DNA of 64,000 bases from Leptolyngbyaceae cyanobacterium MO_188.B28. Lineage in GTDB: Bacteria > Cyanobacteriota > Cyanobacteriia > Phormidesmidales > Phormidesmidaceae. A program made the translations under genes and the position numbers. Position 1 is the first letter of the stretch; each line of letters opens with the position of its first letter. The DNA lies in NCBI GenBank assembly GCA_030065175.1, contig JASJDH010000001.1:854-64853 (forward strand), read 5' to 3'. The notes beneath the pieces were generated by a model. That model had not been told where the DNA came from, did not search any database, and saw only the letters and a list, made by a program, of their open reading frames with translations. Shown piece after piece: positions 1 to 9,665 of this stretch.

Positions 1-11
1 GCCCAGGGGGT

Positions 12-923
12 TTACTCAATGCACAAAAAATTGAGAAGTTCTCGGTTCACAGTTTGTGGAACTTCCTGTTGAATCCAATGGCCGCATTGAGGAACTCGCT
101 TCAATTGGAAAGGCGCCGATACAAAATTTTCTATGCCATCAACAGTATTTTGATTTAAGCGTGTGTTTTCTTCGCTCCATAAAACTAGAGTTGGCGCCGT
201 TATCGGTTTGGTGAGGCGGCCCCAAGAACGGCCCCAGAATTGCCCAGAGACAAATTGGCGATAATAATTCATGGCGGCTGCGATCGACCCCGGTTTCCGC
301 AAAGCGGCTTGGTAAAGCTCGGTATCTTGAGTGGTAAACGCGCCTTTGCGGATCGCCTGGTTTTGGAATAAATGGGTGACTAGATCCCTTAGATTGGTCT
401 GGATCAGCCAATCGGGCAATCCAGGAATCTGTAGCGCCAAGAGATGGCTGCTCCAACGGATCTGGTCTAAATTACCGAAGAGGTCTTGTCCAAAGCCATG
501 GGGATGAGGGGCGTTTAAAACAACTAAACGACTGAGAAGCTGGGGACAGCGTTGGGCTAACCGCCAGGCAATGGCCCCTCCCCAATCATGGCCCACTACA
601 TGGGCTTGAGAATATCCCAAACCTTTAATCAACCCCTGAATATCTCGACTCAACGTATCTAAGTCGTAACCGTTGCTGGGTTTTTCCGAGTCGTTATATC
701 CCCTCAAGTCTGGAACGACAACTTTGAAGTGGCGAGCTAACGCTGGGATTTGGCGGCGCCAAGAATACCAAAACTCTAGAAAACCATGGAGCAAGATGAC
801 TAACTCACCTTCGCCTTGGGTGACGCAATGGAGACGAACTTGGTTTGTGTCAACAAATTGATGTTGCCATCCAGTTTTTATGGCAAGCATAGGGGTATCA
901 AGGAAATAGTTGATTTTTGACAA
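12..923 (-). CDS. alpha/beta-fold hydrolase (epoxide hydrolase / haloalkane dehalogenase-like)
   Basis: 303-aa ORF. It has the LHGFLEFWYSWRRQ...PDLRGYNDS N-terminal region, the nucleophile elbow GHDWGG, and a C-terminal His context CGHWIQQE, all typical of alpha/beta hydrolase fold-1. Confidence 0.8.
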   Translation of the reverse strand: MSKINYFLDTPMLAIKTGWQHQFVDTNQVRLHCVTQGEGELVILLHGFLEFWYSWRRQIPALARHFKVVVPDLRGYNDSEKPSNGYDLDTLSRDIQGLIKGLGYSQAHVVGHDWGGAIAWRLAQRCPQLLSRLVVLNAPHPHGFGQDLFGNLDQIRWSSHLLALQIPGLPDWLIQTNLRDLVTHLFQNQAIRKGAFTTQDTELYQAALRKPGSIAAAMNYYRQFVSGQFWGRSWGRLTKPITAPTLVLWSEENTRLNQNTVDGIENFVSAPFQLKRVPQCGHWIQQEVPQTVNRELLNFLCIE

Positions 924-1239
924 AAGAATCTATGGCCGCCGACAAGAAGCAGTCAGAACCATCCTTAATTCATACCAGTATTCGGTCAATTTCTGATCTA
1001 ATCAGGATTTTCTTCGAACAAGACTTAACGGTTATGGAAGGAACTTATTGACAAAGTCAAGGATATTGCGATGGGGGATTTAACCTTAGTCAGCCCCGTT
1101 GCACATATAAGTATCCTTATGTGATTCACAATACAATTTATAATATTCCGTCAGCTAAATAGCTCGTAATACCTCAAAACCAGAGCTGCTTAGCTGCTGG
1201 AACGCAATAGGCTCAGTCAACAAAGTTACAGTAGGTCAG

Positions 1240-1584
1240 TTAAGCCTGCTGGACAGTCGCTAACGAATAGTCCGAGGGTTGAATCTGATATTTAATTAAG
1301 TTGGCTAATTCTTGAAGCTGACTGATTGCCTCGGCCCCCTCCAATTTCATGAGTTCGCGATCATCGCGCATCTCAGTCCAAGTAATTCCGTAATCAGACA
1401 CCAGAAAGCGAATCAAGTGATTGCCGCCTAGGCTAACCATGAAAGATGCGCTATTCATCTGGCCGCCACAGGTATAGCAAGACGCTAAATACCCCCTGTT
1501 CTCTAGAACAATGGCTAGAGCTTGGAGATTCATGACTAAGTCTTGAACGAATTGGCGGTGTTGCTCTGCGAGTCTGACGAACAT
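1240..1584 (-). CDS. hypothetical protein (114 aa), orphan gene flanked by AT-rich non-coding DNA
   Basis: The ORF track starts at a GTG (1605). I prefer the ATG at 1584 because GAGGAGG lies 6 nt upstream of it on the minus strand. No family recognised. Confidence 0.5.
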   Translation of the reverse strand: MFVRLAEQHRQFVQDLVMNLQALAIVLENRGYLASCYTCGGQMNSASFMVSLGGNHLIRFLVSDYGITWTEMRDDRELMKLEGAEAISQLQELANLIKYQIQPSDYSLATVQQA

Positions 1585-1992
1585 ACTTGTCCTCCTCATC
1601 ACCACATATTACATTGTAAGGCTTCCTTTAAGAATTTCTTAATTATCTCTGAGGATTTAACTTGTTGAATCATCAACTTTCTTGGCCTCAGGTCTTATTA
1701 AATGAGGTTTTTTAAGAGCTTAGAATTTCTATAAATGGGAACAGTGTCTGAAACTTAACTTAATAATTCTCGGAGTAACAGTCTCCTATCGCTCTATTAG
1801 GGTAAACCGCGAAACTCTACAAAAGCGTATAGGCGATAACAGCCTTCCCTATCCTTCTTCTCCCTATCCTTCAAATTATCCCCACATCTAAGGGCAGCGA
1901 CAATCTTTACCTAGTTCTAACCTGCGGATTAATCTGCAGGCTATCCAAACTAGCATACTTTAAGAACTTCTCAAGAACTTAAGGGAATTATG

Positions 1993-2208
1993 TTAGCTGA
2001 CGACTGTCCATAAGCCAAGCCATGGACCTAGGAATCGAATGGTAAACCAAGCTATAAGGGCGACTATGATGCCAATCCACGCTCCCCGGTTGGCTAATCG
2101 ATAGAATGTCAAAAGTTGGGATTTGGTAATCGGTAGCCAAGAAACCATAGGAGCTTCTTTTCCGTATTCTTCTCCCAAAATACTTTGGCGACGCTTGGAT
2201 TCTCCCAT
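1993..2208 (-). CDS. small membrane protein (71 aa)
   Basis: Basic N-terminus MGESKRRQS followed by one clear hydrophobic helix (AWIGIIVALIAWFTIRFLGPWLGLW). It resembles small cyanobacterial proteins starting MGE(A/S)KRR, but I assert no family name. The overlapping 75-aa ORF in another frame is rejected. Confidence 0.45.
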   Translation of the reverse strand: MGESKRRQSILGEEYGKEAPMVSWLPITKSQLLTFYRLANRGAWIGIIVALIAWFTIRFLGPWLGLWTVVS

Positions 2209-2269
2209 TATTCAAATCCTCTAAAAAAATAAAACATATAGATATACCCTCAATTGAGTCTAATACATC

Positions 2270-3871
2270 TCAGTCCAGTACTTTACACTCCGAATTGTTG
2301 AACCAGTTTTCGTCAATATAATTTGTGCGGGCGGCAGGGCTTAAAGCTGATAGAATCTGCCGTCCATAGCTGCGGTAATTGACTCGATTGTCTAATATCG
2401 CAACAATGCCTTGGGTATTTCTAACGGGTGCGATCGCCCGTTGAAGTTCACTTAACGCTTCCGGCAGTAGGTAAAGTCTGAACCAATCTTGCCTCAGCCG
2501 TTTATAGTAGGCCACTCGACTAGCCACCAAAGGGTTTTCTAAAGAAGGGATAGGCAGGGTTGCAATAATTAGCAATTGGGGCGCCGGGAAAACCCCTTGA
2601 TGGTCCCGCCAAAATTCCCAACCCGTCACCAAAATCCCATTGTCATCGGGACAGGTTTTTTCGACTTGCACTCGCGACCCAAATTCAGCTGCGAGCATTG
2701 ATCCAACTTGGGCTTTTAGGGGCGTATCCCCCACTAAGACCACTGTGGGTCCCTGAAGCGGCTTTCCTACTGAAAGCAGGGCGTAAATTTCCCGCATCAT
2801 CGCCCTTTGAAATTCGCTGGTATTGGGCATCGGTAAGCGCTCGGGCAAATAGAGCTGAATCAACTCTTGCTGACGATCGAGAGAGAATTTTAAACAAGTT
2901 ACATCCCCTAGCCCTACCCGCTGACGATAGACAGGCGCTTTAACCTCTTGATCGATGGCTGCGCCAATCAGCACTAAAGGTTGTTGCGGCCATATTTCAG
3001 CCATAGCTGAGGCAATTTCAATGGGTCCGCAATGGAGGCTAAATTGCCCTTGGCGCCGGGTGATGGTTGACCAAATGAGTTTTTCTGGCTGATGAAAGCA
3101 GCGCCAAAACTGACGCCATGGGTCTGGCATTCCAGAGTCAGTCAGCGATGAACTCGCCTCAGTAGATTGAAACTCCTCATAGAGTTCGGTCAGAATTTGC
3201 TGTTCTGGTTCATCCACCAAATAGCAGTTATAGGGATTGGTGGGATGTTGGAATATTGCCCGGGTCAGTTTGACGCGGATATCGCGAATCAGATTTTGGT
3301 GGCCGGGATACGCCATCATTAAGCTATCCCAGTCCCGGCCCCCGATTTCTGCGGTCAGTTGAGTGTGCGCCCAAGTTTCCAGGTCGTCCACCCCATCTAG
3401 TAGGGTGGGGACGCCATCCGGGAACTGGGTTTGTGTCGTCAGACGATCGGCTAACCAGGCTTGGGGAGTAGTCAATAACAGCCCCCTAAAGTCTGGATTC
3501 GGCCAGCTATCGCTGACATGAACCGGCTTAAGGATGGGCATCCACTGCCGCAGCCGAGGAATTTCCACCATCAAGATGCGTTGACGCACCGCCTCAGGCA
3601 AAACCAAAATGACCGGATCAGGCCACAGCAGAACGGGCATGAGATAGCTGAGTCTATACCGCCCGTGATAAGCAGAAGAGCTGCCAGCTTGGATTAAGGC
3701 GCTGCGCCCCAAGCGCAGCGCTCTGGCGACCAAGCGCGCCATGGTCAAATGATGGGGCCAGTAAGGTTCCCCCTGCTCCCGCAAAAACGCTCGCAGTCGC
3801 TGATGAACTTCCGCCTCAATCACAGGTCTGTTGCAAAGAAGTACAGCACAATGACCTTCATTGTGACACAA
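2270..3871 (-). CDS. DinG/Rad3-like helicase-family protein with apparently degenerate ATPase motifs
   Basis: 533 aa. The N-terminal HHLTMARLVARAL..ALIQAGSSS matches the Q-motif/Walker A region of DinG-type helicases. The C-terminal TGWEFWRD...LIIATLPIPS..NPLVASRV...LLPEALSELQRAIAPVR...VAILDNR matches helicase motifs IV-VI. The start codon is uncertain. Confidence 0.6.
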   Translation of the reverse strand: MCHNEGHCAVLLCNRPVIEAEVHQRLRAFLREQGEPYWPHHLTMARLVARALRLGRSALIQAGSSSAYHGRYRLSYLMPVLLWPDPVILVLPEAVRQRILMVEIPRLRQWMPILKPVHVSDSWPNPDFRGLLLTTPQAWLADRLTTQTQFPDGVPTLLDGVDDLETWAHTQLTAEIGGRDWDSLMMAYPGHQNLIRDIRVKLTRAIFQHPTNPYNCYLVDEPEQQILTELYEEFQSTEASSSLTDSGMPDPWRQFWRCFHQPEKLIWSTITRRQGQFSLHCGPIEIASAMAEIWPQQPLVLIGAAIDQEVKAPVYRQRVGLGDVTCLKFSLDRQQELIQLYLPERLPMPNTSEFQRAMMREIYALLSVGKPLQGPTVVLVGDTPLKAQVGSMLAAEFGSRVQVEKTCPDDNGILVTGWEFWRDHQGVFPAPQLLIIATLPIPSLENPLVASRVAYYKRLRQDWFRLYLLPEALSELQRAIAPVRNTQGIVAILDNRVNYRSYGRQILSALSPAARTNYIDENWFNNSECKVLD

Positions 3872-3914
3872 GCCAATGGTTTCCCCCAGTGATGGCTCTC
3901 ACCAAAATTGGAGA

Positions 3915-4222
3915 AATGGGTGGGTGGGGAGGATGGGGAGGATGGGGAGATGGGGAGCAGGGGAGGCAGGGGGAGCGAAGGAGGATAGGAAGAATAGGGG
4001 AGATGGGGGAGATGAAGAGCCAAATGCAATAGCGTTAGGGGATGGCTTCACTAGCGCTATTGCATCGGGACATCACTGATCCGAAAACTCTCAATAGCTC
4101 TAAGATTATTCTTCCGACAGAAATCAGTTCTATATCCCATATCCCTCCCTCTCCCCCATCCTCCCTATCTCCCCATCTCCCCCATCTCCTCTTCCCCTGC
4201 TCCCCCTGCCTCCCCTGCTCCC
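3915..4222. repeat. polypurine (left arm) / polypyrimidine (right arm) imperfect inverted repeat with an internal 11-bp hairpin
   Basis: 3915-4019 is almost pure G/A, built of degenerate GGGGAG(A/G)(T) units. 4141-4222 is almost pure C/T. A perfect 24-nt inverted match pairs 3953-3976 with 4199-4222 (GGGAGCAGGGGAGGCAGGGGGAGC). A perfect 16-nt match pairs 3999-4014 with 4174-4189 (GGAGATGGGGGAGATG). A central perfect 11-bp stem pairs 4024-4034 with 4055-4065 (ATGCAATAGCG). Confidence 0.85.
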
Positions 4223-4258
4223 TTACGATATTGATGTCCAGGTGGGAAAAAACTACGT

Positions 4259-5128
4259 ATGAATGTTGGGATCATTGGTTTGGGTTTGATTGGCGGTTCC
4301 TTGGGGCTTGATCTGCGTCGGTTAGGGCATCGAGTTTTAGGGTGCAGCCGCCGCGGTCCTATCTGTCAAGCGGCGATTGAACGGGGGGTGGTTGATGAAG
4401 CTAGCTTAGATTTAATGTTGATGGCGAAGGCGGACGTGGTGTTTGTCTGTACGCCTATTGCTGCGATTGAGCCAACGGTGGCGCGGTTGGCTCCGCTTTT
4501 GTCCGATCAGACGATTGTTACGGATGTCGGGTCGGTAAAAGGGGATTTAGTGAGTGCTGCGGCGCGCCATTGGCCTAATTTTGTCGGCGGGCATCCTATG
4601 GCGGGTAAGGCTGAGGCGGGTTTAGAGGCGGCGGAAGCAGGGTTATTTGAGCGGTGCGCCTATGTCTTAACGCCGCTCGAGGCGACTCCAAAGACTGCTT
4701 TGGAAACCGTCGCTGAAATTGCTCGTTCTTTGCAGGCGCAAGTTTATCAATGTTCTCCCAGCGCCCATGATAGAGCGGTCGCCTGGATTTCCCATTTGCC
4801 GGTAATGGTGAGTTCTAGTTTGATTCAAGCCTGTTTGAATGAATCTGACGCGACGATTTTGGAATTGGCGAAAAATCTGGCAAGTTCGGGCTTCCGAGAT
4901 ACAAGTCGAGTGGGCGGCGGCAATCCTGAACTCGGGATGATGATGGCTCAATACAATCGAGAGGCGGTTTTGTATGCGTTACAGAAATATCGTCGTACGC
5001 TCGATCAGGTGATTTATCAAATTGAACATCACGATTGGGAACAGTTGAATCAACAGCTGCAGCAGACTCAACAGGCTCGACCCGAGTTTATGCTGTCACC
5101 ACCGGTTCCTGATAAAGCAAAACGGTAA
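4259..5128 (+). CDS. tyrA: prephenate/arogenate dehydrogenase
   Basis: 289 aa. It has the N-terminal Rossmann motif MNVGIIGLGLIGGSLG, then VTDVGSVK, GGHPMAG and HDRAVAWISHLP, which are characteristic of the TyrA family. Confidence 0.9.
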   Translation: MNVGIIGLGLIGGSLGLDLRRLGHRVLGCSRRGPICQAAIERGVVDEASLDLMLMAKADVVFVCTPIAAIEPTVARLAPLLSDQTIVTDVGSVKGDLVSAAARHWPNFVGGHPMAGKAEAGLEAAEAGLFERCAYVLTPLEATPKTALETVAEIARSLQAQVYQCSPSAHDRAVAWISHLPVMVSSSLIQACLNESDATILELAKNLASSGFRDTSRVGGGNPELGMMMAQYNREAVLYALQKYRRTLDQVIYQIEHHDWEQLNQQLQQTQQARPEFMLSPPVPDKAKR

Positions 5129-6569
5129 AGGTGACAGTTGAGCCTAATCCCTCTCCCATACTGATAAACTGCACCACTCCTCCCATGGCTTCTACCAGTT
5201 TCTGGGAGATGGCTAATCCTAATCCTGTCCCGCCATATTGTCGGGTCCGTTCGCCGTCGACTTGGCTAAAAGTTTGGAAGAGGCGATCTTGCTTTTCTAG
5301 GGATACGCCGATTCCGGTGTCGGCGACGCTGATTTTGATGACGCCAGACCATTCCTGGTCCTGGAAGACGACTTTCTGTGGTTTAACTTCGGCGCTGATG
5401 GTAATTCCCCCCTCTCGGGTGAATTTGATGGCGTTCCCCACCAGGTTTAGCATCACCTGAAGCAGTCGCTGATAGTTGCCATTGAGGATGATCTCGTCAC
5501 GGGTAGCTGGCATCACAATGTCGAAACAGAGCCCCTTCTGTTCTGCTTGGGGTCGGGTAAAATTCTCAACTTCTGTGAAGAGTTCCTTGAGATTGACGGG
5601 CCCCATATCGATCTGCATCTTACCCGCTTCGATCTTGGCGATATCCAAGACATCGTTGATCAGATTCAGCAGATGTAAGGCTGATTTATGGGCTTCCTGG
5701 ATGAAATCTTCCTGCTCTTTGGGATTATCGGCCATGCCATCCAACACCAGCTTTAGGAAGCCAATCATGCCATTGAGGGGCGTCCGAAGTTCGTGGGACG
5801 TATTGGCTAAAAACTCGCTTTTGAGGCGAGAGGCTTCTTCAGCCTGTTTGCGGGCTTCTTCAGCTTGTTTGCGGGCTTCCTCAAATTCCCGGTGTTTCTC
5901 TAGCAGGGTTTCATTAACCCGCTGCAGTTCCATTGCTAATGCTTGACTTTCCCCAAACAAGGTGGCATGGGCGATCGCAGTGCCCACCTGATCTGCTAAG
6001 TCACTCAGCAAAGCGATTTCAGTGGACCGCCATTGATGGGAGTGATTCAGTTGAAGCACAATTAGGCCGTTAGGCTGATCCTGGTAAAACGTGGCGGTCG
6101 CCAGAACTGTTTGAGACTGCCCAGGGGAATCGGCGATGGGGTGAATATCCACCACCGGTTGCAAGCTCGTTAGGGCCTGATTCAAGTATGCGGTTGTCCC
6201 CAGATCAAAGACTTTACCGATATTGGCTTCCCTTGAATTTTGACGGTACTCAGCGGCGACCGCCACTTGCGTATCGCCTTCTTTATAGGGGCAAATCAAA
6301 CAGCGATTCACCTTGAACATTGCCCCTAGCCCATCTACCGTTTGCTGCCAAATTGTTTCGAGGTCTAGGGTGCGACGAATATTCCAGGTCAGTTGAGTGA
6401 GCAGGGTGTTATCGCTCACAGGGGACGTATGCTGACCCAAGAAGCGGGTTTGGTTTTCTGACGGGTCTAAGCGTTCTTCTGGCTCGAAGGCGGATAGGCC
6501 AGTAATCTGGGTTTTGTCCATCTCTGCCGACAGGTCTGATGAAGGTTTGGAGTTGGCAGGACGATTCAT
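5088..6569 (-). CDS. sensor histidine kinase (GAF-like N-domain, coiled-coil linker, HisKA, HATPase_c)
   Basis: 493 aa. H-box SHELRTPLNGMIGF, N-box NLVGNAIKFT, G-boxes DTGIGV and GGTGLGLAISQKLV. The linker carries a duplicated ARKQAEEARKQAEEA. Confidence 0.85.
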   Translation of the reverse strand: MNRPANSKPSSDLSAEMDKTQITGLSAFEPEERLDPSENQTRFLGQHTSPVSDNTLLTQLTWNIRRTLDLETIWQQTVDGLGAMFKVNRCLICPYKEGDTQVAVAAEYRQNSREANIGKVFDLGTTAYLNQALTSLQPVVDIHPIADSPGQSQTVLATATFYQDQPNGLIVLQLNHSHQWRSTEIALLSDLADQVGTAIAHATLFGESQALAMELQRVNETLLEKHREFEEARKQAEEARKQAEEASRLKSEFLANTSHELRTPLNGMIGFLKLVLDGMADNPKEQEDFIQEAHKSALHLLNLINDVLDIAKIEAGKMQIDMGPVNLKELFTEVENFTRPQAEQKGLCFDIVMPATRDEIILNGNYQRLLQVMLNLVGNAIKFTREGGITISAEVKPQKVVFQDQEWSGVIKISVADTGIGVSLEKQDRLFQTFSQVDGERTRQYGGTGLGLAISQKLVEAMGGVVQFISMGEGLGSTVTFTVLLYQEPVVTA

Positions 6570-6633
6570 TCGCCTAAGACCAAAAAAGTGACTACAGAGA
6601 TCAAAGTTGGTTGTGGGGGTTAGCTTGACTCGG

Positions 6634-6657
6634 TTTCCACATATATTTCCACATATA
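6634..6657. repeat. perfect tandem 12-mer x2 (TTTCCACATATA)
   Basis: 6634-6645 and 6646-6657 are identical. They lie 65-88 nt upstream of the histidine-kinase start (6569, minus strand). Confidence 0.85.
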
Positions 6658-6831
6658 TGGAAAGCAACAATTGCGTTAAATTCGTGTCCAAGAAGCCTAT
6701 CGTTTACAAGAGGCCTACTTATAGACTAATCCCCAACACCCTGAGTATCGCCCAACTAGACTTGACCATGGGGAGGGGCAAAATGTTCTGGCTCGACTTG
6801 GGAAATTTTCCAGACTATTGCCAGTATTCCC

Positions 6832-7086
6832 TTAATCATTCCATTCGCCCCTAGGCGGGACGGGTGGATTTTTGCTCAATGGACGGGCCAAATCGTCATT
6901 TCGGCTGGAGCCTCCCCTTAACCACTGTCTGACAGCGACTTCGATCACCTTACTGGGATCTTGGGTCAGATGTTGAATCTGATCGAGTAGGTCAGGGTCC
7001 AGTTGAATAGAGATCTCTACTTTATCCATTTTTTTCATTGCGCTGGAAGCGCCGCCAGCAGAAATGCTTTGATTCGTCATAATCAA
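6832..7086 (-). CDS. small hypothetical protein, possibly ribbon-helix-helix-like
   Basis: 84 aa. KVEISIQLDPDLLDQIQHL...KVIEVAVRQWL has a strand-helix-helix pattern. The tail is Pro-rich. The assignment is inference only. Confidence 0.35.
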   Translation of the reverse strand: MIMTNQSISAGGASSAMKKMDKVEISIQLDPDLLDQIQHLTQDPSKVIEVAVRQWLRGGSSRNDDLARPLSKNPPVPPRGEWND

Positions 7087-7340
7087 GAAAGTCTAGTAGC
7101 CGCAATTTATCGGTGAAATTTGTAAAAGGAGGATTGAGTGCGCGTCAGACAGTTTAATAGGGAAGGTTATAAGAGCTAAAATCAATTACCGCTTTTCGGC
7201 AGTGTTCTACCCCTGTTTCATGTATTTTACGATCCAGTTTTCGAGATGAGTAGTTCAACCCTTGTTTTAGAGGCCGAGACTTCTATAGCAAGTATTACAA
7301 TAATTTAAGCTTACTGCTGGCGCTGCTATGTATCTTATTC

Positions 7341-9143
7341 ATGACTGACGTACCTGTTTCCCGAATCCGAAATTTTTCCATCATTGCCCATATCGACCAT
7401 GGTAAATCTACTTTGGCTGATCGGTTGCTGCAAAAGACAGGGGCTGTGAGCGATCGCGATATGAAGCAGCAGTTCCTGGACACGATGGACCTAGAGCGGG
7501 AGCGAGGCATAACCATTAAATTGCAGGCCGCCCGCATGAACTATACGGCTGAAGATGGTCAGCCGTATGTGTTAAATCTGATCGATACGCCTGGACATGT
7601 GGATTTCTCCTACGAGGTTTCTCGTTCCTTAGCCGCTTGTGAAGGCGCTCTCTTGGTGGTGGACGCCTCCCAAGGGGTAGAAGCCCAGACATTAGCGAAT
7701 GTCTATCTCGCGCTGGAACACAATCTAGAAATCATTCCAGTGCTGAATAAGATTGATTTGCCGGGGGCTGAACCTGAGCGAGTTAAGCAAGAAATTGAAG
7801 AAATTGTCGGGTTGGGCTGTAGCAATGCCATATTGGCGTCAGCTAAGGAAGGCGTGGGCGTTAACGAAATTTTAGAATCGATCGTTTATCTCGTGCCGCC
7901 GCCCCAAGACACGGTCAACACTTCCCTCAGAGCGTTGATTTTTGACAGCTACTATGACACCTATCGGGGAGTAATTGTCTATTTTCGGGTGATGGACGGC
8001 GCGGTGCGGAAGGGCGATCGCGTACGTCTAATGGCGTCCGGGAAAGAATACCAAATCGACGAACTGGGCGTGCTTTCGCCCTACCAAATCCAGGTGGATG
8101 AGCTGCATGCGGGAGAAGTGGGATACTTTGCAGCGGCCATCAAAGCAGTTGAAGACGCCCGCGTAGGGGATACGATCACCTTAGTCAAATCGCCTGCGGC
8201 GGACCCCTTGCCAGGGTATGTTGAAGCTAAACCGATGGTGTTTTGCGGTCTCTTTCCCACTGACTCTGACCAGTTTGAGGATTTGCGGGAGGCCCTAGAA
8301 AAGCTCCGCCTTAATGACGCCGCCTTGCACTATGAGCCAGAAACGTCCAGCGCCATGGGATTTGGTTTTCGGTGTGGGTTTTTAGGACTTTTGCACATGG
8401 AAATTGTGCAGGAGCGGTTGGAGCGGGAATATAACCTGGACTTGATTACGACGGCGCCGTCGGTGATTTACCGCGTGACGACTATCGGCGGCGAGGTCCT
8501 GGAAATTGATAATCCTAGCACCCTCCCTTCCCCTCAAGACCGGGAAAAAATCGAAGAACCCTATGTCCAAGTGGATATGATTACCCCTGAAGAGTTTGTC
8601 GGGTCGCTGATGGAACTCAGTCAGACGAGGCGGGGCGTGTTTAAGGACATGAAGTACCTCACCCAGGGCCGCACCACGCTTACCTATGAATTACCCCTGG
8701 CGGAGGTGGTCACTGACTTTTTTGATCAGATGAAGTCGCGATCTCGGGGATACGCCAGTATGGAATACCACCTGATCGGATATCGAGAAAATCCACTGGT
8801 TAGATTAGATTTTTTGATCAATAGCGATCCGGTTGATCCCCTGGCGACAATTGTGCATCGGGACAAGGCGTACTATGTCGGTAAAGCCTTGGTCGAAAAG
8901 CTGAAGGAACTGATTCCGCGGCATCAATTTAAGATTCCGTTACAGGCTGCGATCGGGAGCCGCGTAGTCGCCAGTGAAAGTATTCCTGCTCTGCGCAAGG
9001 ATGTGTTGGCCAAATGCTACGGCGGAGACATTTCCCGTAAGAAGAAACTGTTACAAAAGCAAGCCAAAGGTAAGAAGCGATTGAAGGCCATTGGCACAGT
9101 GGATGTGCCTCAGGAAGCTTTTATGGCGGTTCTTCGGCTCTAG
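7341..9143 (+). CDS. lepA: translation elongation factor 4 (LepA)
   Basis: 600 aa. [30 protein letters not shown] and NKIDL GTPase motifs, plus the LepA-specific C-terminal domain ([12 protein letters not shown]...[14 protein letters not shown]). Confidence 0.97.
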   Translation: MTDVPVSRIRNFSIIAHIDHGKSTLADRLLQKTGAVSDRDMKQQFLDTMDLERERGITIKLQAARMNYTAEDGQPYVLNLIDTPGHVDFSYEVSRSLAACEGALLVVDASQGVEAQTLANVYLALEHNLEIIPVLNKIDLPGAEPERVKQEIEEIVGLGCSNAILASAKEGVGVNEILESIVYLVPPPQDTVNTSLRALIFDSYYDTYRGVIVYFRVMDGAVRKGDRVRLMASGKEYQIDELGVLSPYQIQVDELHAGEVGYFAAAIKAVEDARVGDTITLVKSPAADPLPGYVEAKPMVFCGLFPTDSDQFEDLREALEKLRLNDAALHYEPETSSAMGFGFRCGFLGLLHMEIVQERLEREYNLDLITTAPSVIYRVTTIGGEVLEIDNPSTLPSPQDREKIEEPYVQVDMITPEEFVGSLMELSQTRRGVFKDMKYLTQGRTTLTYELPLAEVVTDFFDQMKSRSRGYASMEYHLIGYRENPLVRLDFLINSDPVDPLATIVHRDKAYYVGKALVEKLKELIPRHQFKIPLQAAIGSRVVASESIPALRKDVLAKCYGGDISRKKKLLQKQAKGKKRLKAIGTVDVPQEAFMAVLRL

Positions 9144-9665
9144 TCTAGATCTGCTTGATAATCTGCAGGTCAATAGCGACCCATAATCCCCTAATTGCGG
9201 GGGGTTATAACTCAGTTTGCATTCCCTGGTTCCCGTCCACCCACTTTATTTGATAGATATTCCGGACTTTTGGGTATTCCTTTAGAGAGCGTTGAAGTTT
9301 TAATGAACTGGTAAAGTTCCCGACGGACGGTCTACTAAATATTTGTTACATTTTCAACGCAGGTTGTGGGCTTACCCTTATGCAATCCAACAGGCTAACT
9401 CTTTGTGAGACGGTTTGACTGGATGCCTTTAGAAAACAGAGGGTTGTCTATCAATTCGCTTAAAGCTAAGGTCAGCAAAAATTCGCATTAAGGCTACCGT
9501 CATTGAATCCTAGGTCAATTCTTGCTCAAATGGCCTCTTAGCGACTTTATCCAGCAACGTGATATACGTTATCTGGCATTCTTTAAGCTGTCCTTAGCTA
9601 TGGGTTAGGTCCTAGTTGCATTTGTACAAAATTTCTCTCTTAATTGTCCCTAAAACCTTCGCATT

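Noticed and set aside
3915-4222. Reading the inverted repeat as a MITE or other mobile element.
   Set aside because: No flanking target-site duplication is recognisable and no transposase lies nearby. The arms are simple-sequence rather than defined terminal inverted repeats. A mobile origin cannot be excluded without genome-wide copy counts, so I list it as a repeat only.
3820-4311. Three ORFs (3820-4029 minus, 3876-4079 plus, 4042-4311 plus) encoding Gly/Glu/Arg-rich or Pro/Ser/Leu-rich peptides.
   Set aside because: They are translations of the polypurine/polypyrimidine repeat. They are low complexity, mutually overlapping, lack ribosome-binding sites, and one runs into the tyrA start. 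I treat them as artefacts of the repeat.
5131-5946. Plus-strand ORFs 5131-5460 and 5476-5946 opposite the histidine-kinase gene.
   Set aside because: The minus-strand frame carries complete H, N and G boxes. The plus-strand frames have no recognisable features.
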